From Fonticula alba ATCC 38817 (lineage: Eukaryota > Protista > Nucleariida), in the NCBI GenBank assembly GCA_000388065.2, contig KB932205.1: a DNA stretch of 62,833 nucleotides, one strand, 5' to 3'. The stretch's first letter is position 1; each line of letters starts with the position of its first letter. Below the pieces are notes generated by a model. That model was not told the origin of the DNA, searched no databases, and worked only from the letters and a program-made list of their open reading frames with translations. This document shows, piece after piece, positions 1 to 12,384 of the stretch. The position numbers and the translations under genes are program-made.

Positions 1-135
1 TGGCCGGATATCATGCCGGCAATCTGCCACCGGCAAGGACCGCCCCGGGCAAGGAGGGAGGGCGTATCAAACCAGACAAATACACTGTCGCCTGGAGGGG
101 GGGAGAGAGTCTGGTAACTCGGGCTGCGAGCGAGG

Positions 136-3100
136 TTGGAGGCCAGCGGAGGGAAAGGAAATGTCCAAGTGAAAGGCCTCCGAGAAGAAGCCTTGGAACA
201 GGTATTCGCAGACCTGGCTGGTGTTTCGGTGGTGCTCTCGCATGCTCTTCGACACAAGGCTGCGATGGGCCTCAGCTCTTGGCAGAGAGTCCCGAGGGAG
301 GGTTTTGGCCTTCGGCGCTCGGTCAAGGGGGAGATCCCCGAGAGTCTCGCACATACGCGCATCTCCATCTGTCTCGGTCCCTCCGGTAGAGGCCTGAGAT
401 CGGCAGCCACCCGGCGGCCGTCTTACCACATATTCCCCCACCGGAGAATGCTATTAGAAAAACCCGGAACGAGCCCTGCCCGGACCCGCCGCAGTAGTAT
501 TTTCGGTATGGATTCCGTAAAATAGTCGCTCTTTCGACAGACGGCTGGATCTGTGAGAATCCGGACATCAGAATGCCTAGAAGCCGTCACACAATACTAG
601 ATCGCTTTCGCCGAGTACCACTCACCTAACTTCTTCAGCCCGTGACGACATGCTGCATTTCCGTGGCGTATTGATTGTGGGTGTGTGTTGATGGTGCATG
701 CGCGCACGAGCGCCCGCCATCGCCCTCTCTCGTAGATCTGGCCTCTCCTAGTCCACACATCTCACCCACCCCACCCCCGCCTGACCGAGATTCTAGCATC
801 TGTGTGCCATACTTTGTCCCTTTGGTGGCGGTCCGCGTGCCGGCCAGCGAGGACCCGCTGCTCCAGTCGAACTCTGCTCCCCTCATCAAGCGGCTGATCG
901 ACAGCTGCACGGCGCTGCCAAACCGCCGGGCCGTCCCGACGGCCAATGGCCTGGCCATTTCCCGCCTGGCCCTGCCGGTCCTGCATGCCATCTGCCTTGA
1001 GCCCGCCTCACCTCCGCGGCGCAACGACCCCTGGCATCTATAGCCACGCAGTGTCGGCCCTGGTGTACGTCACATGGAACGCGGCCGATAAATCCACCCA
1101 TTGTTGCTTCTTCGGGGACAAAATGGCGGCCATCGGTGCCGAAGGGGCCGCTGGCAGCTTCTCGGAGGCCAACTCGACCCTGTGCGCTTTCCTCTCGCCT
1201 GCTCCAGCCAGCATGATGGTTGATTGGGTGATTTTTGCTCTCCTCCTCCTCCCTCTGTACAAGGGCGTCAGTGCTGACCGTCGTGTGCTGGGGGTGTCCC
1301 CTGCTTGCTCTGTCTGCTGTGCTTTGCTCCCCCTTGCTGCTGCTTGCCATCCAGTACCGAGCTCCATCGCCGCATGCTCGGGTACCACGCGCTGCGGACC
1401 CTGCAACACCTGGCCAGCCAGGCCGATGTGACCACCATCAAGTGGCTGCTGGATCCGATCTTCAGGTGCGCTTCGTCCTGCCTCCCTCCTCCCTGTCCCA
1501 TCATTATCTTTTGGCTCCGGAAATTGACAAACGCCCCCTCCTCCCTCTCCCACCTCACCCTGGGCCATGATCACGATGCACCCCAGCTGGCTCGAGGATC
1601 TGGCCAACTGGGACCGGCCGCGCGGCTTTGCTGCCCATCTGATCGCCCAGTACCAGAAGTCCCTCGGTGGATGTGCCCTCCCACTGCCTTTTCACACACA
1701 TGCTTACATGCACAGGCAAGCAACTCCCATGCTCTGTCGGCTTGCCTGATCGACCGGATCGACGTATTTAGGGCTGACGACCTGGGACAAGGCAGCCTCC
1801 TGTGCGATATGCTGGGTATGGTGCTGTCTCGGGGGAAAGGCTTCGATGCGATAATCCCGCCGGTTTACGGCAAGGCCATGGAGTCGCCGGCGTCCTTCGC
1901 CCTGCCGCAAACCGAAGACCATTTGCTGTGCCTGGCGGACCTTGGTGGGGAGGAGCCGGCCCGGGGTGAGTACCAGTGGGTTGTCCTGCTGGTGAGTGAT
2001 ACCCTGAGCGCCGACCGGTCGCCCCTTTCCTCGGCCAGCAGCGTGCGGTCCTTCGGCAGTAGTTCCTCGGAGACCGGTGTCGGAGGCCACGGCGTCAACC
2101 CATCGCCGATGCGTATGCCCACGGTCCAAGTGTCGGAGTGCTGCCTGGGACACGGGTCCCTGAGATATCCATCACGGGTGCACCTACGCATCTTCACAAG
2201 GATGCGGGGCATGCTGCCCGCACGTATCTCAGAGATGTCTAGAGCTGCCGCCGACCTACGCCAATCCGTTATGGGCGGAACATCAGGAGCCAACGGTCAA
2301 CATACTGTGCTGGTTCCTGCTGTCGCTGGTTGAATTGCTGATTCACTATGTTGGCACCCTGCCCGACCGGCTGGCCTGCTCATTGTCAGCCCTTTGCATC
2401 ATAATGGCCCTGACTGGCACCGAGTTGGATGCGGCCATCGGGGTCACTGTTTGCCGATGTTGATTGGCACTGTCGGGCGAATTGCCCAGGCTCCTCGGTG
2501 CAGCCTCACGACTGGTGCAGCCCGCTGCCGAGCTCGGCCAGCCAGCTCTTCAGCCTGACGGTGGGGAATCTCTCGAGCCGGAACTTTGGTGCGCACACAG
2601 GGCGATGGGGGGCGGGGGCGGGGGGGAGAGCTGCTCGGACAATTGCCGTCCTTTTGGCCGCACTCCCTCTCGACAGGAGCAACGCATGCTTCGCTCAGAT
2701 ACACACACATGCATACATACATAAGAACATGGTGCTCTGTTCAGCCGCTCGGAGTTGCACGCATGCGCTGCTGCACGAGCTCCTCCGCTCGATGAGCGAT
2801 GCGATGCCAGACGGCCAGCGCCCGGAGCAGCCGGTGCTGGACGCCTTTGCCAAGGCACATGGCGCGCGCTTGCTCGTGTCCCTGACGTCGGTCTTCAGTC
2901 GGGAGCTGACCCTCACTTCGGGTCCGGCTTCCGGGGCGGATCCCCTGTCGGTGGGCGACATCCTTGGCCTTGCGGCGGCCTTGGCCGACTACACCGGGCT
3001 GCAGGCGGCGGCCGCGGCGTCCGATGGTACGGGCGACCCGGCGGGCCTGTCTGCGGCGGGCGGGCTGGCTGTGGCCTGTGTGGTGGCGGCACTGGCCGCG

Positions 3101-4400
3101 GCGGCCGACTCGGCGTCCACCTCGCTCTCGGCCCGGGCAGCGCACACGCACAATCTCTCGGCCCCGGTTGCGTGCCTGACCTGCTCCGCCTGTGCTTGTG
3201 GCTCGATCGCCCTCGGCCACTGACTGCATGTCGTGCGGATTCCCCAGATTCCTCGTCCCTCGCCCGCGGCATGGCACCATGTCGTACCTCGGTCCCCTTT
3301 GGTTCTGCTTGATTGGGTGGGTCTGGCGTCGGCGCTAGTGACCAAGGCCCGGCCGGAGTTCCGGCCTTCGGCTTCGGGGGCCACTCCTTCCCGGTGGACC
3401 AGTCTGCACAGCATGTGTGGCGTGCCGGCCGCGGTGACGGCCGCCGGCCTGAAGGACACCGATAGTGACCTCCTTACCACCAACATACCACGCGTGAGCA
3501 CCATGCTTTTGGCGAGGGCTAGCCCGGAGCTCTCGACTCCAGCCGCCAAGCTGACATGTCCCCTGTTGGTCCATGTGCCTCGGCCAGAATATGGCCGAGG
3601 TGAAGTTTGCTGCTTATGAGCAGCTGGCCAAGTCCTTCGCCGGTGAGGCGCCCCATGCGCATGTGGCTCCATCTCCGACCAGCTCGGTGCTGGCGGCCGG
3701 TGCGGCTGGCACCGACATCACCTCGCTGCTGGTCTTTGTTGGCTTGGACGAGAGGTGCGCGCTGTCTGCCCGCATGTATTCACATCTCTTCTTTCGTATG
3801 CTCCTGACCCTCTGGGGGGTGGTCTGCGCACAGTCACTGGTCGGTGACTGAAATTGTCGGCGCTGGTGGCCAGCTTAAGTCTGGTGCCGGGGCTGGGGCT
3901 GAGGCAGACGTCGGGGCCGCCGAGATTCCTGTCGAGATTGGAGAGGTTGGGGAGGTTGAAGACGATGCTCACGCCGAGGATGAGACCGCGGCCCGACGAG
4001 TAGCCCGAGCAGGAAGAGGAAACCGATCCCTATGAGGAGGTCATACAGGTGCTGCCATCGGCGAGAGCGGCCGACTCGCTGGGCTTTCGATGAGCCGATG
4101 ACCCCCGAGCAACACCAAAGCCACGTCGTGGTTGCTGATGAGTAGGTGGAGGCCACTGACGGGGCCACTCAGCCCGGGGAGGTGGCCAGTAGCGATGCCA
4201 AGACGGCCGAATCCTCTCCCGGAGCGTCCTCCTGGGACTTTCCGGCTGCCGGCTCGCCAGCTTCCACTTCCAACCATGAGGAGAAGAAGAAGAAGAAGAA
4301 GAAGAAGGAGGAGAAGAAGGAAGAGAAGAAGGAGGAGAAGAAGGAGGAGAGGGAGAAGCAACGGGGGGTTGGTGAGATCGCCTCCGGGGCCAACGCGTGA
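136..4400 (+). pseudogene. Decayed multi-exon gene of unknown family (frameshifts and in-frame stops)
   Basis: Protein-like segments in shifting frames (PYFVPLVAVRVP..., YSHAVSALVYVTWN..., IDRIDVFRADDLGQG..., MVLCSAARSCTHALLHELL..., AEVKFAAYEQLAKSF..., VTEIVGAGGQLK..., EEKKKK...). Intron 3755-3833 (GTGCGC...CAG) splices frame-correctly. In-frame TGA at 2461 and 3221, TAG at 4001 and 4143; frameshifts near 1040, 2320, 3575, 3990 and 4087. The 5' boundary is uncertain. Confidence 0.6.
4277..4357 (+). repeat. Purine-only (GAA/GAG/AAG)n tract encoding a K/E-rich tail
   Basis: gaggagaagaagaagaag...gaggagagggagaag; translates EEKKKKKKKKEEKKEEKKEEKKEEREK. Confidence 0.85.
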
Positions 4401-7400
4401 TGCACCTGTCCTTGTTGCATGTGCCGCGTGATAGCCGCGTGGCTCGGGGCATATGGGTCCCCACACGCTCGATGTATTTCCAAGACCCTCCCCCGCAGCC
4501 TGTGGATCCTTGTCCTTGTTGATGCATCAAGTTCGCCATTCCCCAGTCACTGGCCTCTGGGGTCCCTCGCTCCTTTCGTGGTCCGGCCAGTTGACCCCGA
4601 AATGGGTCTGAACTCGCTCCGGATGTTCTGAATCTTGAGCAGCCCGGGGCGCGAGCAGGGAGGGCTTGGCCCGAGGCAGGCGCGCCGGAAGAATTGACGC
4701 CCGGCGGGGAACCCTGCCAGCGGTTCCCACCCGGCGCGCGGCCTGGCCCACGGGTCAGGCCGCGAGTCGCCCCAGAAAATGAGTGACCGTCGCCACGGGG
4801 GCGCGAGGGGGGGCGGGCTACGGGCGCACATTGCCGCAGGTTCGGCCACCGGCGGGCCGATGTGATCGGCCTCCCCCCCCCCCCCCCCCCGCCCCCACAG
4901 GCTCATGCACCGCAGGGCCATGAGCGCCGGGCGTCGGAGCGGGGGACTACCGGCGGCAGGGAGGCCGAGGAGCCACAAACACCCGCGGCTGCTGCCAATG
5001 TACCGGCTGCTTGCGGATAATATTCCCTCGGGGCTGGGGCGGGGAGCAGAGACGGGCGGCCGGGGCATTTGGTGCTGCAGCACGATGTGCACGCGTGCGC
5101 CTGCGGGGGCGGGCTTTCGGGCACTTCTCCGAGCGGGCCCCCTCCCCCACTCCGGCAGGAGCGGGACTGGGCCGCGAGGAGGGAGGCGAAGGGTGGGCGC
5201 GGGTCTCCCTCGCCCCCCAGCGTGTGTGCCCGGCGCTTCCGCGGTGGGGAGGGGGGGGGGGGACGAGGGCCGGGAAGAGAAGGCCCCGCGCGCGGCGCCA
5301 TATTTCCGGGGTGTGAATCCCCGGCCGCAGGCAGCCCGCCCATGACCTAGACCGTTACGTGCTGGCTTGAGCGCGCGTCCGTGGTGCTCGCGGCGTCGTC
5401 CGGCCCGGGGGAGGCGAGGATCGGCGCGCGGCGGGCTGGTGCCGATTCGAGGGAGGCGCAGGAGGTTCGGCGCGCCTTTTCTCGGCCCCCGGGGGGATCA
5501 GGCCATCCGCCCCCAATCCCCAAGAAGGCCCTTCCCCCAGGGGGGGGGGGGGGGGGCGCGCGCGGGCGCCTCGGCCCCCGACGCCCCCCAGCCGCCCGGC
5601 GGGGTGCCCGGGAAATGCCCCGCGGCGAGGCTGAAGAGGGGCGCCGGCGCCCCGGCGCCGGAGACACTAGCGACATGGGCCCCGGGCTGGTGTCGCCGGA
5701 GGGTGGCCGGCACTGGCGTGGGGGAGGGCGCTGGGCCCGGGAGCGTGTTGGCCTCTCAGTCATCGGCCTGAGCGGCGAGCCGGCCCGGCTGGCAGCGGGG
5801 CGAAGTCATGGGCCGAGGGGGGAGGGCGACACTGGTTTGGGGGCGGGCCGGCGGGCATTCACGAGCCAGCACGCGTACGCGTGGAGGAGAGGCTCTGCTA
5901 GTCATTGTATGGGGATATTGAGGCGTGGCGGCGAGCGGTGCCGAGTGTGAGCAATTCGCGCGGAGGCCTGGGGATGGCGCGTGGCCGAGGGCTGGCGCCG
6001 GCCATGGGGCCGGGAGAAGATGCCCAGAAAGAGGCCAGCCCTCCTGCCCAGGCGAGCACGCCGGCCCTCTTGCAGCGGCCGTCGTTGCCGAAGTCGCCGC
6101 CGGTGGCCGCAGTTGCAGCCGCAGCCGCAGCCGCAGCCGCAGCTGTGCCGCCGCCGGGGGACTCTCCCCAGCATTATGTAAGAATCGCGTCAGGGACCAG
6201 CCGCTCGGAGGCCCGGGCACAGCGCAGGGGCGCCCCTGGCATCCCGGGGGCGGGCCCGTTTGCTTCCCCCTCTCCCCGCGGTGGGAGCCTGTTTGACGGC
6301 AAACGGGGCATTGCGTGTCCCATGTCGGGGAGGTCTTGGAAATAAATGGGTGATTATGATATTCGGGCTTTTTGCTTTGGAGGTCTGTCCGGTCCTGATC
6401 TTGTCCCTGGTCTTCGGGCGCGAGGCCGTCCCTGCGTGAGAGGGCTCTTGCAGAGGCATTTCTCGTGCTGGCGCGGAGGGCGGCGGGGGGGCCTGTTCCT
6501 CAGGGCTTTTCGGCGAGCCCGGAGGCGTGCATGTCCACCGACGGGTCGGGCGCCAGGCCAGGCGAACCCGGATCCCTCCCCCACCCCCCGGAACAGCATT
6601 GGTTGTGTTCGGGTACGGCCGTATGCCGCCCGGGGGTCGGGAGCAGGAGAGAATGGCCGACGAGAGGGCGCCGGCAAGGGCGCCTGCCAGCCATTAGTCA
6701 AACGCGCCCAGTGCATGCGCGCTATGTGTCAATCGATGTGTGTCACCCGGAAAGGCGTCATGCCCCGGGGGCGGGCTCCCCCCGCCCCCTTCTCTCTCTC
6801 TCTCTCTTCCCTCTTGGAGGCCGAGGGTCCCCGGGGGTGAGCATGCCGGGTCGCAGGCGGGCGGGCGGGCGGGGGAGGGGGGGGGAGGGGGGCAGGGGCC
6901 GGGCGACGGGACTGCGCCCGAGGCAGCTTGTCCGGCCGGGCATACGTCCTCCGGGCCCTGTTCCTTGGTGGTGTTGTCCCCCGCGCCGGCCCCTCCACTC
7001 CCCCCCGTGGAGGGAGGCGTCCGTGAAGGGCGGCATGCTGCCAGGGTGTGGCTCTTAATTCCGTCGGTTCACGCGAATGCGCCGGGCCGTGGTACGCCCG
7101 GCGCGGCCGCGCCTCAGCGTGCGTTGCCTCCGTCGGCAATCCCCCCCATGTGTCTAGACTGTGTCTGGCGGTCTTTGTCCCAAGGCCGGGGGGCGGGGGG
7201 GGGGGGGGGGGCCGACAAGGCGGCCGGGGTCCGCACCCCCAAGGGTGGCCTTACGGACGAGGGCCAGAGGGCCGTGTGCGCAGGCGCTCACATGTGGCCC
7301 CCGGGTGCAGGCGGCTATGTGCCCCATGCCTGCTGGCCCCCGTCCTCGCTGGGGCTTGCGCTGCGCCCCTGACCGCCACCAGAGGTCTGTGTCTGTGTGT

Positions 7401-7421
7401 GTGTGTGTGCAGGACGCGAGA

Positions 7422-7466
<45 letters not shown>

Positions 7467-8044
7467 GTGCAGGCCAGCAGTGAGCTCCCCGGGGCGTCGA
7501 GCGCGTGACCGGCCGTTTTTGGCGGCTCTTTTTCGCCGGACCCTCTACCCCGGGATCCTCCCGGCGCTTGGCTTTTGGCATCTAGTTCCCCGGGTTCGCG
7601 GCAGAGGCGCATTTCCCCCGGCCCCTCCTCCTCGGCCCCCAACGAGACACCGTGCCTCGGGGCCGGGGCCGGGGCCGGGGNNNNNNNNNNACCCGGCCCA
7701 CTGCCCCGAGGACCGGCGAACGCGCGTGCCCGCACGCGGCCGCCCACAAATGTGTGCGTGTGTGCGGATGTGTAAGCACACAGTGGCCCTTTTTCAGCTC
7801 GCTCCCAGCCGGAGGTGGCCCAACGGCGACCTCTTCAACCCTCGTCCACTGGCCCGCCCTGGACGATTGTCGCATCGCCCCTCCCCGCCCCTGCTGCACC
7901 CCCCCATCTGAGTCGAGTATGCCTCTTCGTGCCTCCCACTGCCTGCCGCCCGTGGCGTGCTTGCGCTTGCCGCGCGACATGCCCTTGCCATCCCCTCGCG
8001 TAGTCCTCTGACAGTCATCTCCCCTGCTTTGTGTGTGTGTGTGT

Positions 8045-8096
<52 letters not shown>

Positions 8097-8439
8097 GTCC
8101 GTCCGTCCGTCCGTCCGTCCGTCCGCCCGCTCACTCCCAGTCTCCACTAGATCCTCTCGGCACCCCCCACCCCCACAGGCACCATGTTCCTTTCCAACCG
8201 GCCCACCCCTCCCCCGGCCTTCGCCCCCCAGCTGAACCTCTCCGGCATGACCTTCAGCCATGCTTCCCACTCGGCGGCCTTCTCTGCCAACTACTCCGTG
8301 CGCGCATGTCCGACCGCCTGATTGTTGCGCGACCGTCAGCGGCTCACCGTCACCGGCCTGGCGCCCGGCTCGGCCCACTTTGTCACTGACAACCGTACCC
8401 CCTCTCCCCCCGCTCCTCCCTGCGCAGAATACTTCGGAC

Positions 8440-9312
8440 ATGTCGGCCCCCGCCAAGGGCGGCAAGAGCCCCTTCGTGTCGATTCTGGCCGGTGCCATCT
8501 CCGGCGGTATCGAGATCTGCCTCACCTACCCCACCGAGTACGTCAAGACCCAGCTGCAGCTGGGCAACCGCTACTCCGGGCCGATGGACTGTGTCCGGAG
8601 CACCGTGCAGCAGTACGGCGTCGGTGGCCTCTATCGCGGTCTGTCCTCCCTGCTGGTGGGGTCCATCCCCAAGGCCGCGGTGCGGTTCCTCGGTTTCGAG
8701 GAGTTCAAGAAGCTCCTCATGGACGAGGACGGCCGCATGACCCCCGGGCGCAACTTCATGGCCGGTCTCGGTGCCGGTGTCACTGAGGCCCTGCTGGTTG
8801 TGTGCCCGATGGAGACCATCAAGGTCCGCCTGATCCACGACCAGACCCAGCCCAACCCCCAGTACCGCGGCCTGGCGCACGCCACCCGGTCCATCGTCGC
8901 GGCCGAGGGCCTGGCCGGCATTTACCGCGGCCTGGCCCCGACCATCGTCAAGCAGGGCTCCAACCAGGCCATCCGCTTCCTGGTGTACAACGAGATGAAG
9001 AAGCTCCTGTCCACCGGCGACCCGGATGCCGTGCAGCCGGTCCATGTGTCCATGATCTCCGGTGCCGTGGCCGGTGGTATGTCCGTGCTCGGTAACAACC
9101 CCATCGACGCGGTCAAGAGCCGCATGCAGGGCATCGGTGCCAAGGACCTGTACAAGAACTCCTGGGACTGCGCCAAGCACATTTACCGCGAGGCCGGTGT
9201 GCGTGGCTTCTACAAGGGCTGCACCCCGCGTATGGCCCGTGTCGTCGGTGATGTGGCCATCGTCATGACCCTCTACGAGCAGATTGCTGCCCAGCTGGAG
9301 AAGGTCTTCTAA
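8440..9312 (+). CDS. CTP1: Mitochondrial citrate/tricarboxylate carrier (SLC25 family), 290 aa, intronless CDS
   Basis: ILAGAISGGIEICLTYPTEYVKTQLQL, PMETIKVRLIHDQ, GNNPIDAVKSRMQG: three Px[DE]xx[KR]x[RK/Q] carrier repeats closely matching SLC25A1/Ctp1; ATG 8440, TAA 9310-9312. Confidence 0.95.
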   Translation: MSAPAKGGKSPFVSILAGAISGGIEICLTYPTEYVKTQLQLGNRYSGPMDCVRSTVQQYGVGGLYRGLSSLLVGSIPKAAVRFLGFEEFKKLLMDEDGRMTPGRNFMAGLGAGVTEALLVVCPMETIKVRLIHDQTQPNPQYRGLAHATRSIVAAEGLAGIYRGLAPTIVKQGSNQAIRFLVYNEMKKLLSTGDPDAVQPVHVSMISGAVAGGMSVLGNNPIDAVKSRMQGIGAKDLYKNSWDCAKHIYREAGVRGFYKGCTPRMARVVGDVAIVMTLYEQIAAQLEKVF

Positions 9313-9501
9313 GAGGCTCGCGCGCGTCCCTGCTTGCCCCCCCCCTCTCCCCCTCTGTGTGCACCTCCCCCCCCCCCACCATCCCCTCCCAGGACGAGGG
9401 TGGCGAGGGGGGAACGCCGGCGGCTCGAGCAGCATCTCCCCTCCGAGAGGCACATCCTCCTCCTCTCCTGGCCATGTGCCTATGCATTTGCGATTTGCTC
9501 T

Positions 9502-9534
<33 letters not shown>

Positions 9535-9566
9535 CCGCCGCCCCGCGTTCCCCCCTGGCCCTCCGG

Positions 9567-9602
<36 letters not shown>

Positions 9603-10158
9603 CCGATGGCCCCCCCCCTTCCCTCTCCTCCCGACGGCGACGTTCTGGGGGGGATGATGCCGGTGGCGTGTGTGTGTGTTCCCCTAGACCCAGGGCACAC
9701 CTTCCCCCCTGCCCCCCTCCCTCACGTCCGCTTCCGTTGCCTCTTTCCATGTGTCTGCTGTGCAGGCATGTATCCATGCGCACTTGCAGCGCGCACTCTC
9801 CACCCCCCCCCCCCACCTCTGTATACTTAGTGAAGGATCTTGCCTCCTCCCCCTCCCCCTCCGAGTGGGCCTCCACCCCTCTTCCCCCACCCCCCATGTA
9901 TCCAATATGATAGAACGGGCAGACGGGATCCACTGGCTACAGTTGCAATAGCCTCCAGAGAGACCTTCCCCTTCTCCATCTCCCAGTCGCGTGCATTTGC
10001 CTCTTGCTCATTCGGATGTGTGCGGGTCTATTCTATGTGATTTTTTGTTGGGCCCCCTCCCGCGCCCCCCCCGCTCCCTGCGGAGGAGGGGAAGGGAGAG
10101 GAGAAGGCAGGCAGGGGAGGAGCGACCATGACTTACATAAGCGGAGGCTGGCGTCCGA

Positions 10159-10801
10159 TCACTTCTTGCCACGCTTGCCATGGCCACCGCGATGGTGCCC
10201 GGTCGGGGCGGTGTGTGTCGCGGCGCCCGGCCCGTCGGTCACCGGCTCGGCCAGCAGCTTGCCCAGGGCCTCGACAAAGGCCTCCAGCTCGGACTCCTCC
10301 GGCGAGCCGGAGGCCTTCCAACGGACGCGGCCCTGCTGGTCGACGATGGCCAGATGGCCAGAGTAGATGTCTTCGAAGCCATTCGGCCGGCGGATCTCGG
10401 CGCTTGGGCCGATACGCAGAACGACATCCGACTGGCGGGCAGGGGTGTTGGATCATGTCAGCGGCACTGGACGCCGGACGGCGGACGGCCGGGCGATGTG
10501 GGTATGTGCGTGTGGGTATGCCACGGGGATGGGTTGGATCATGTCAGCGGCACTGGACGCCGGACGGCGGACGGCCGGGCGATGTGGGTATGTGCGTGTG
10601 GGTATGCCACGGGGATGGAAAACGCACATGGTCGTCAAAGACACCGGGCTGCATCAGCAAGTTCTTCATGATCGAGCCAAGGATCATACGGTAGACCGAG
10701 CGCTCGAGGTATTGGATCTGCGGAGGTGCGGGAGGGAAGGGGGAGAGGGGAACATGGCCACGTAGGACCCCATGTTGGTGGGTCAGCGGCCGCATGTGCG
10801 T

Positions 10802-10832
<31 letters not shown>

Positions 10833-10958
10833 GGTGGGTGTAGGTAATTGCTGGCGAATGGCGGCGCAAAAGCGATGAGATCGGAAGAGCGTCGTGGGGG
10901 AGAGGGGAACATGGCCACGTAGGACCCCATGTTGGTGGGTCAGCGGCCGCATGTGCGT

Positions 10959-10989
<31 letters not shown>

Positions 10990-12384
10990 GGTGGGTGTAG
11001 GTAATTGCTGGCGAATGGCGGCGCAAAAGCGATGCGGCGGGGCATAGAGGCTGGAGCCCGCCCGGGCAGCTCGACGAGGCACGTACATTCACAAGGCCAA
11101 TGGTCGTCCCGAGCTGCGGGGCAAACATCATCTTCAAAACACGATAGTAGAGCTCCAGATGCTCCAGGGCATTGTTGCAGGTAGACACCATGACCACGGA
11201 GAAGCGGTGCTTGCGCAGCAGATGCTGCGACAGGGGCACGGCGTCGGGGGTCTTGCCGTCCCATGCGCGGGCCACCTCGGCGCCAGCGGCCTTGCGCGCG
11301 GCCTCGGCCGCCTGATCCACGGCCTCGGGGGTGGCATCCTCCGGCAAGGCCGCCAGTGCCTCGGTCACTCGAGCGGACAGCGAACGGGTGCCCGGTGGCA
11401 CCGGCAGGGGGATGACCATCGGGTCGGCCAGGGTGATGGCCTGGGCCAGGGGAATGACATCGCCCGTGGCCAGGGCCGAATCCTTGGCGCCGCCAGTGAT
11501 GACGCCTGTACGGATGTCAGCAAGTCAATGGGGACGGGCGCAGCTGGCGAATAGTCAAGGGGGCGCGCTGGCGAGGGGGAGAGAAAAATGTCGAAAGTGC
11601 CAATCTGGCAGGAAGTGAGGCAGGCATCACGCACGCATCATGTTCTTGTTCTGCCGACGAAGCTCGTACATGCTGCCTCACGCGGGAGAGAGGGGAAAGT
11701 TAGTCCGGCGGGCCCCTCACCAAGAGGCGGGTGTCGGTGCGCGATGTCCAGGCCCCAGGGCCAGACGCACCGCATGCGGTTGCCTTCCACGGCACGCGGC
11801 ATGATCTTGGTGTTGTTTTCCTTCAGCCACTGGGTCACAGCAGCCACATTGGATTGGGGAGCCTCCTCGCCGGCTGCAATGGCTTGGCGCCGGCGCTCGC
11901 GTGCGGCCGCCGTCAACGGGAACTCCGGAATGGGTTCCGTGCTGACCGGCGGCGGGGTGGGCTTGGAGGGGATCCACAACTTGACAAAGTACGACAGCCG
12001 GTCGAACCACCGCCGCTGAGTGGGGCCCAGCTGCCCGATGGCCTGGTCCACCAGCGCCTGGCGCTGCTCGGGGGTCAGGTCCTCGTGCAGGTGGGGGAGG
12101 ATCTCCTGCGGCCGGTCGGCGGCCGTATCGGAACCCTTGGTGGAGGTGCCCGCGATGGCGCTGGAGGCGCTGGAGGCGGTGGTCTCGTCCACAGCAGCAG
12201 CGGTTACAGCGGGAGCCGAGTCAGCAGTGCCGGCGGCGGAGACCTGATCCGGGGACTTGGGGCCCGGCGTGGCGCCAGGAACGGGGGTCCCAGCCGGGGC
12301 AGAGGCGAAGAGCCGCACAAAGGCCGGTGAGGTGGCCGGAAGCCGGCCAACGCAGCCGGCGCGCAACCGCAAGTGCGTGAGCAT
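10159..12384 (-). CDS. ATP10: Mitochondrial ATPase complex assembly factor ATP10-like, 5 exons
   Basis: Basic presequence MLTHLRLRAGCVGRL; exons ~12384-11771, ~11674-11638 (MYELRRQNKNMM), ~11508-11087, 10717-10628, 10431-10159. C-terminal SGHLAIVDQQGRVRWKASGSPEESE matches the ATP10 GYxYLVDxxGRIRWAxSG motif. Confidence 0.75.
10447..10618. repeat. Exact 86-bp tandem duplication in the last ATP10 intron
   Basis: gttggatcatgtcagcgg...ccacggggatgg occurs at 10447 and again at 10533. Confidence 0.9.
10740..11034. repeat. 138-bp direct duplication separated by a sequencing adapter (artefact)
   Basis: 10740-10877 is repeated at 10897-11034. Confidence 0.9.
10878..10896 (+). other. Illumina adapter remnant AGATCGGAAGAGCGTCGTG
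   Basis: Exact 19-nt match to the start of the TruSeq read-2 adapter read-through sequence. Confidence 0.95.

Noticed and set aside
2461-4145. Stop-codon reassignment or readthrough to explain the in-frame TGA/TAG codons
   Set aside because: Intact genes in the window end normally at TAA, TAG and TGA, and the region also has several frameshifts; pseudogenisation or error is simpler
4400-8400. Numerous 100-290 aa Arg/Gly/Pro-rich ORFs
   Set aside because: Low-complexity GC-driven frames crossing microsatellites, with no consistent codon bias or domains
8383-9933. 516-aa minus-strand ORF (also 15186-16187, 34778-35542, 38750-39538, 46251-47135)
   Set aside because: Antisense shadows of real genes, caused by GC-rich codon usage; no domain signal
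10447-11034. CRISPR-like or mobile-element direct repeats
   Set aside because: Only two copies each, intronic, no unique spacers or cas genes; one pair flanks an Illumina adapter
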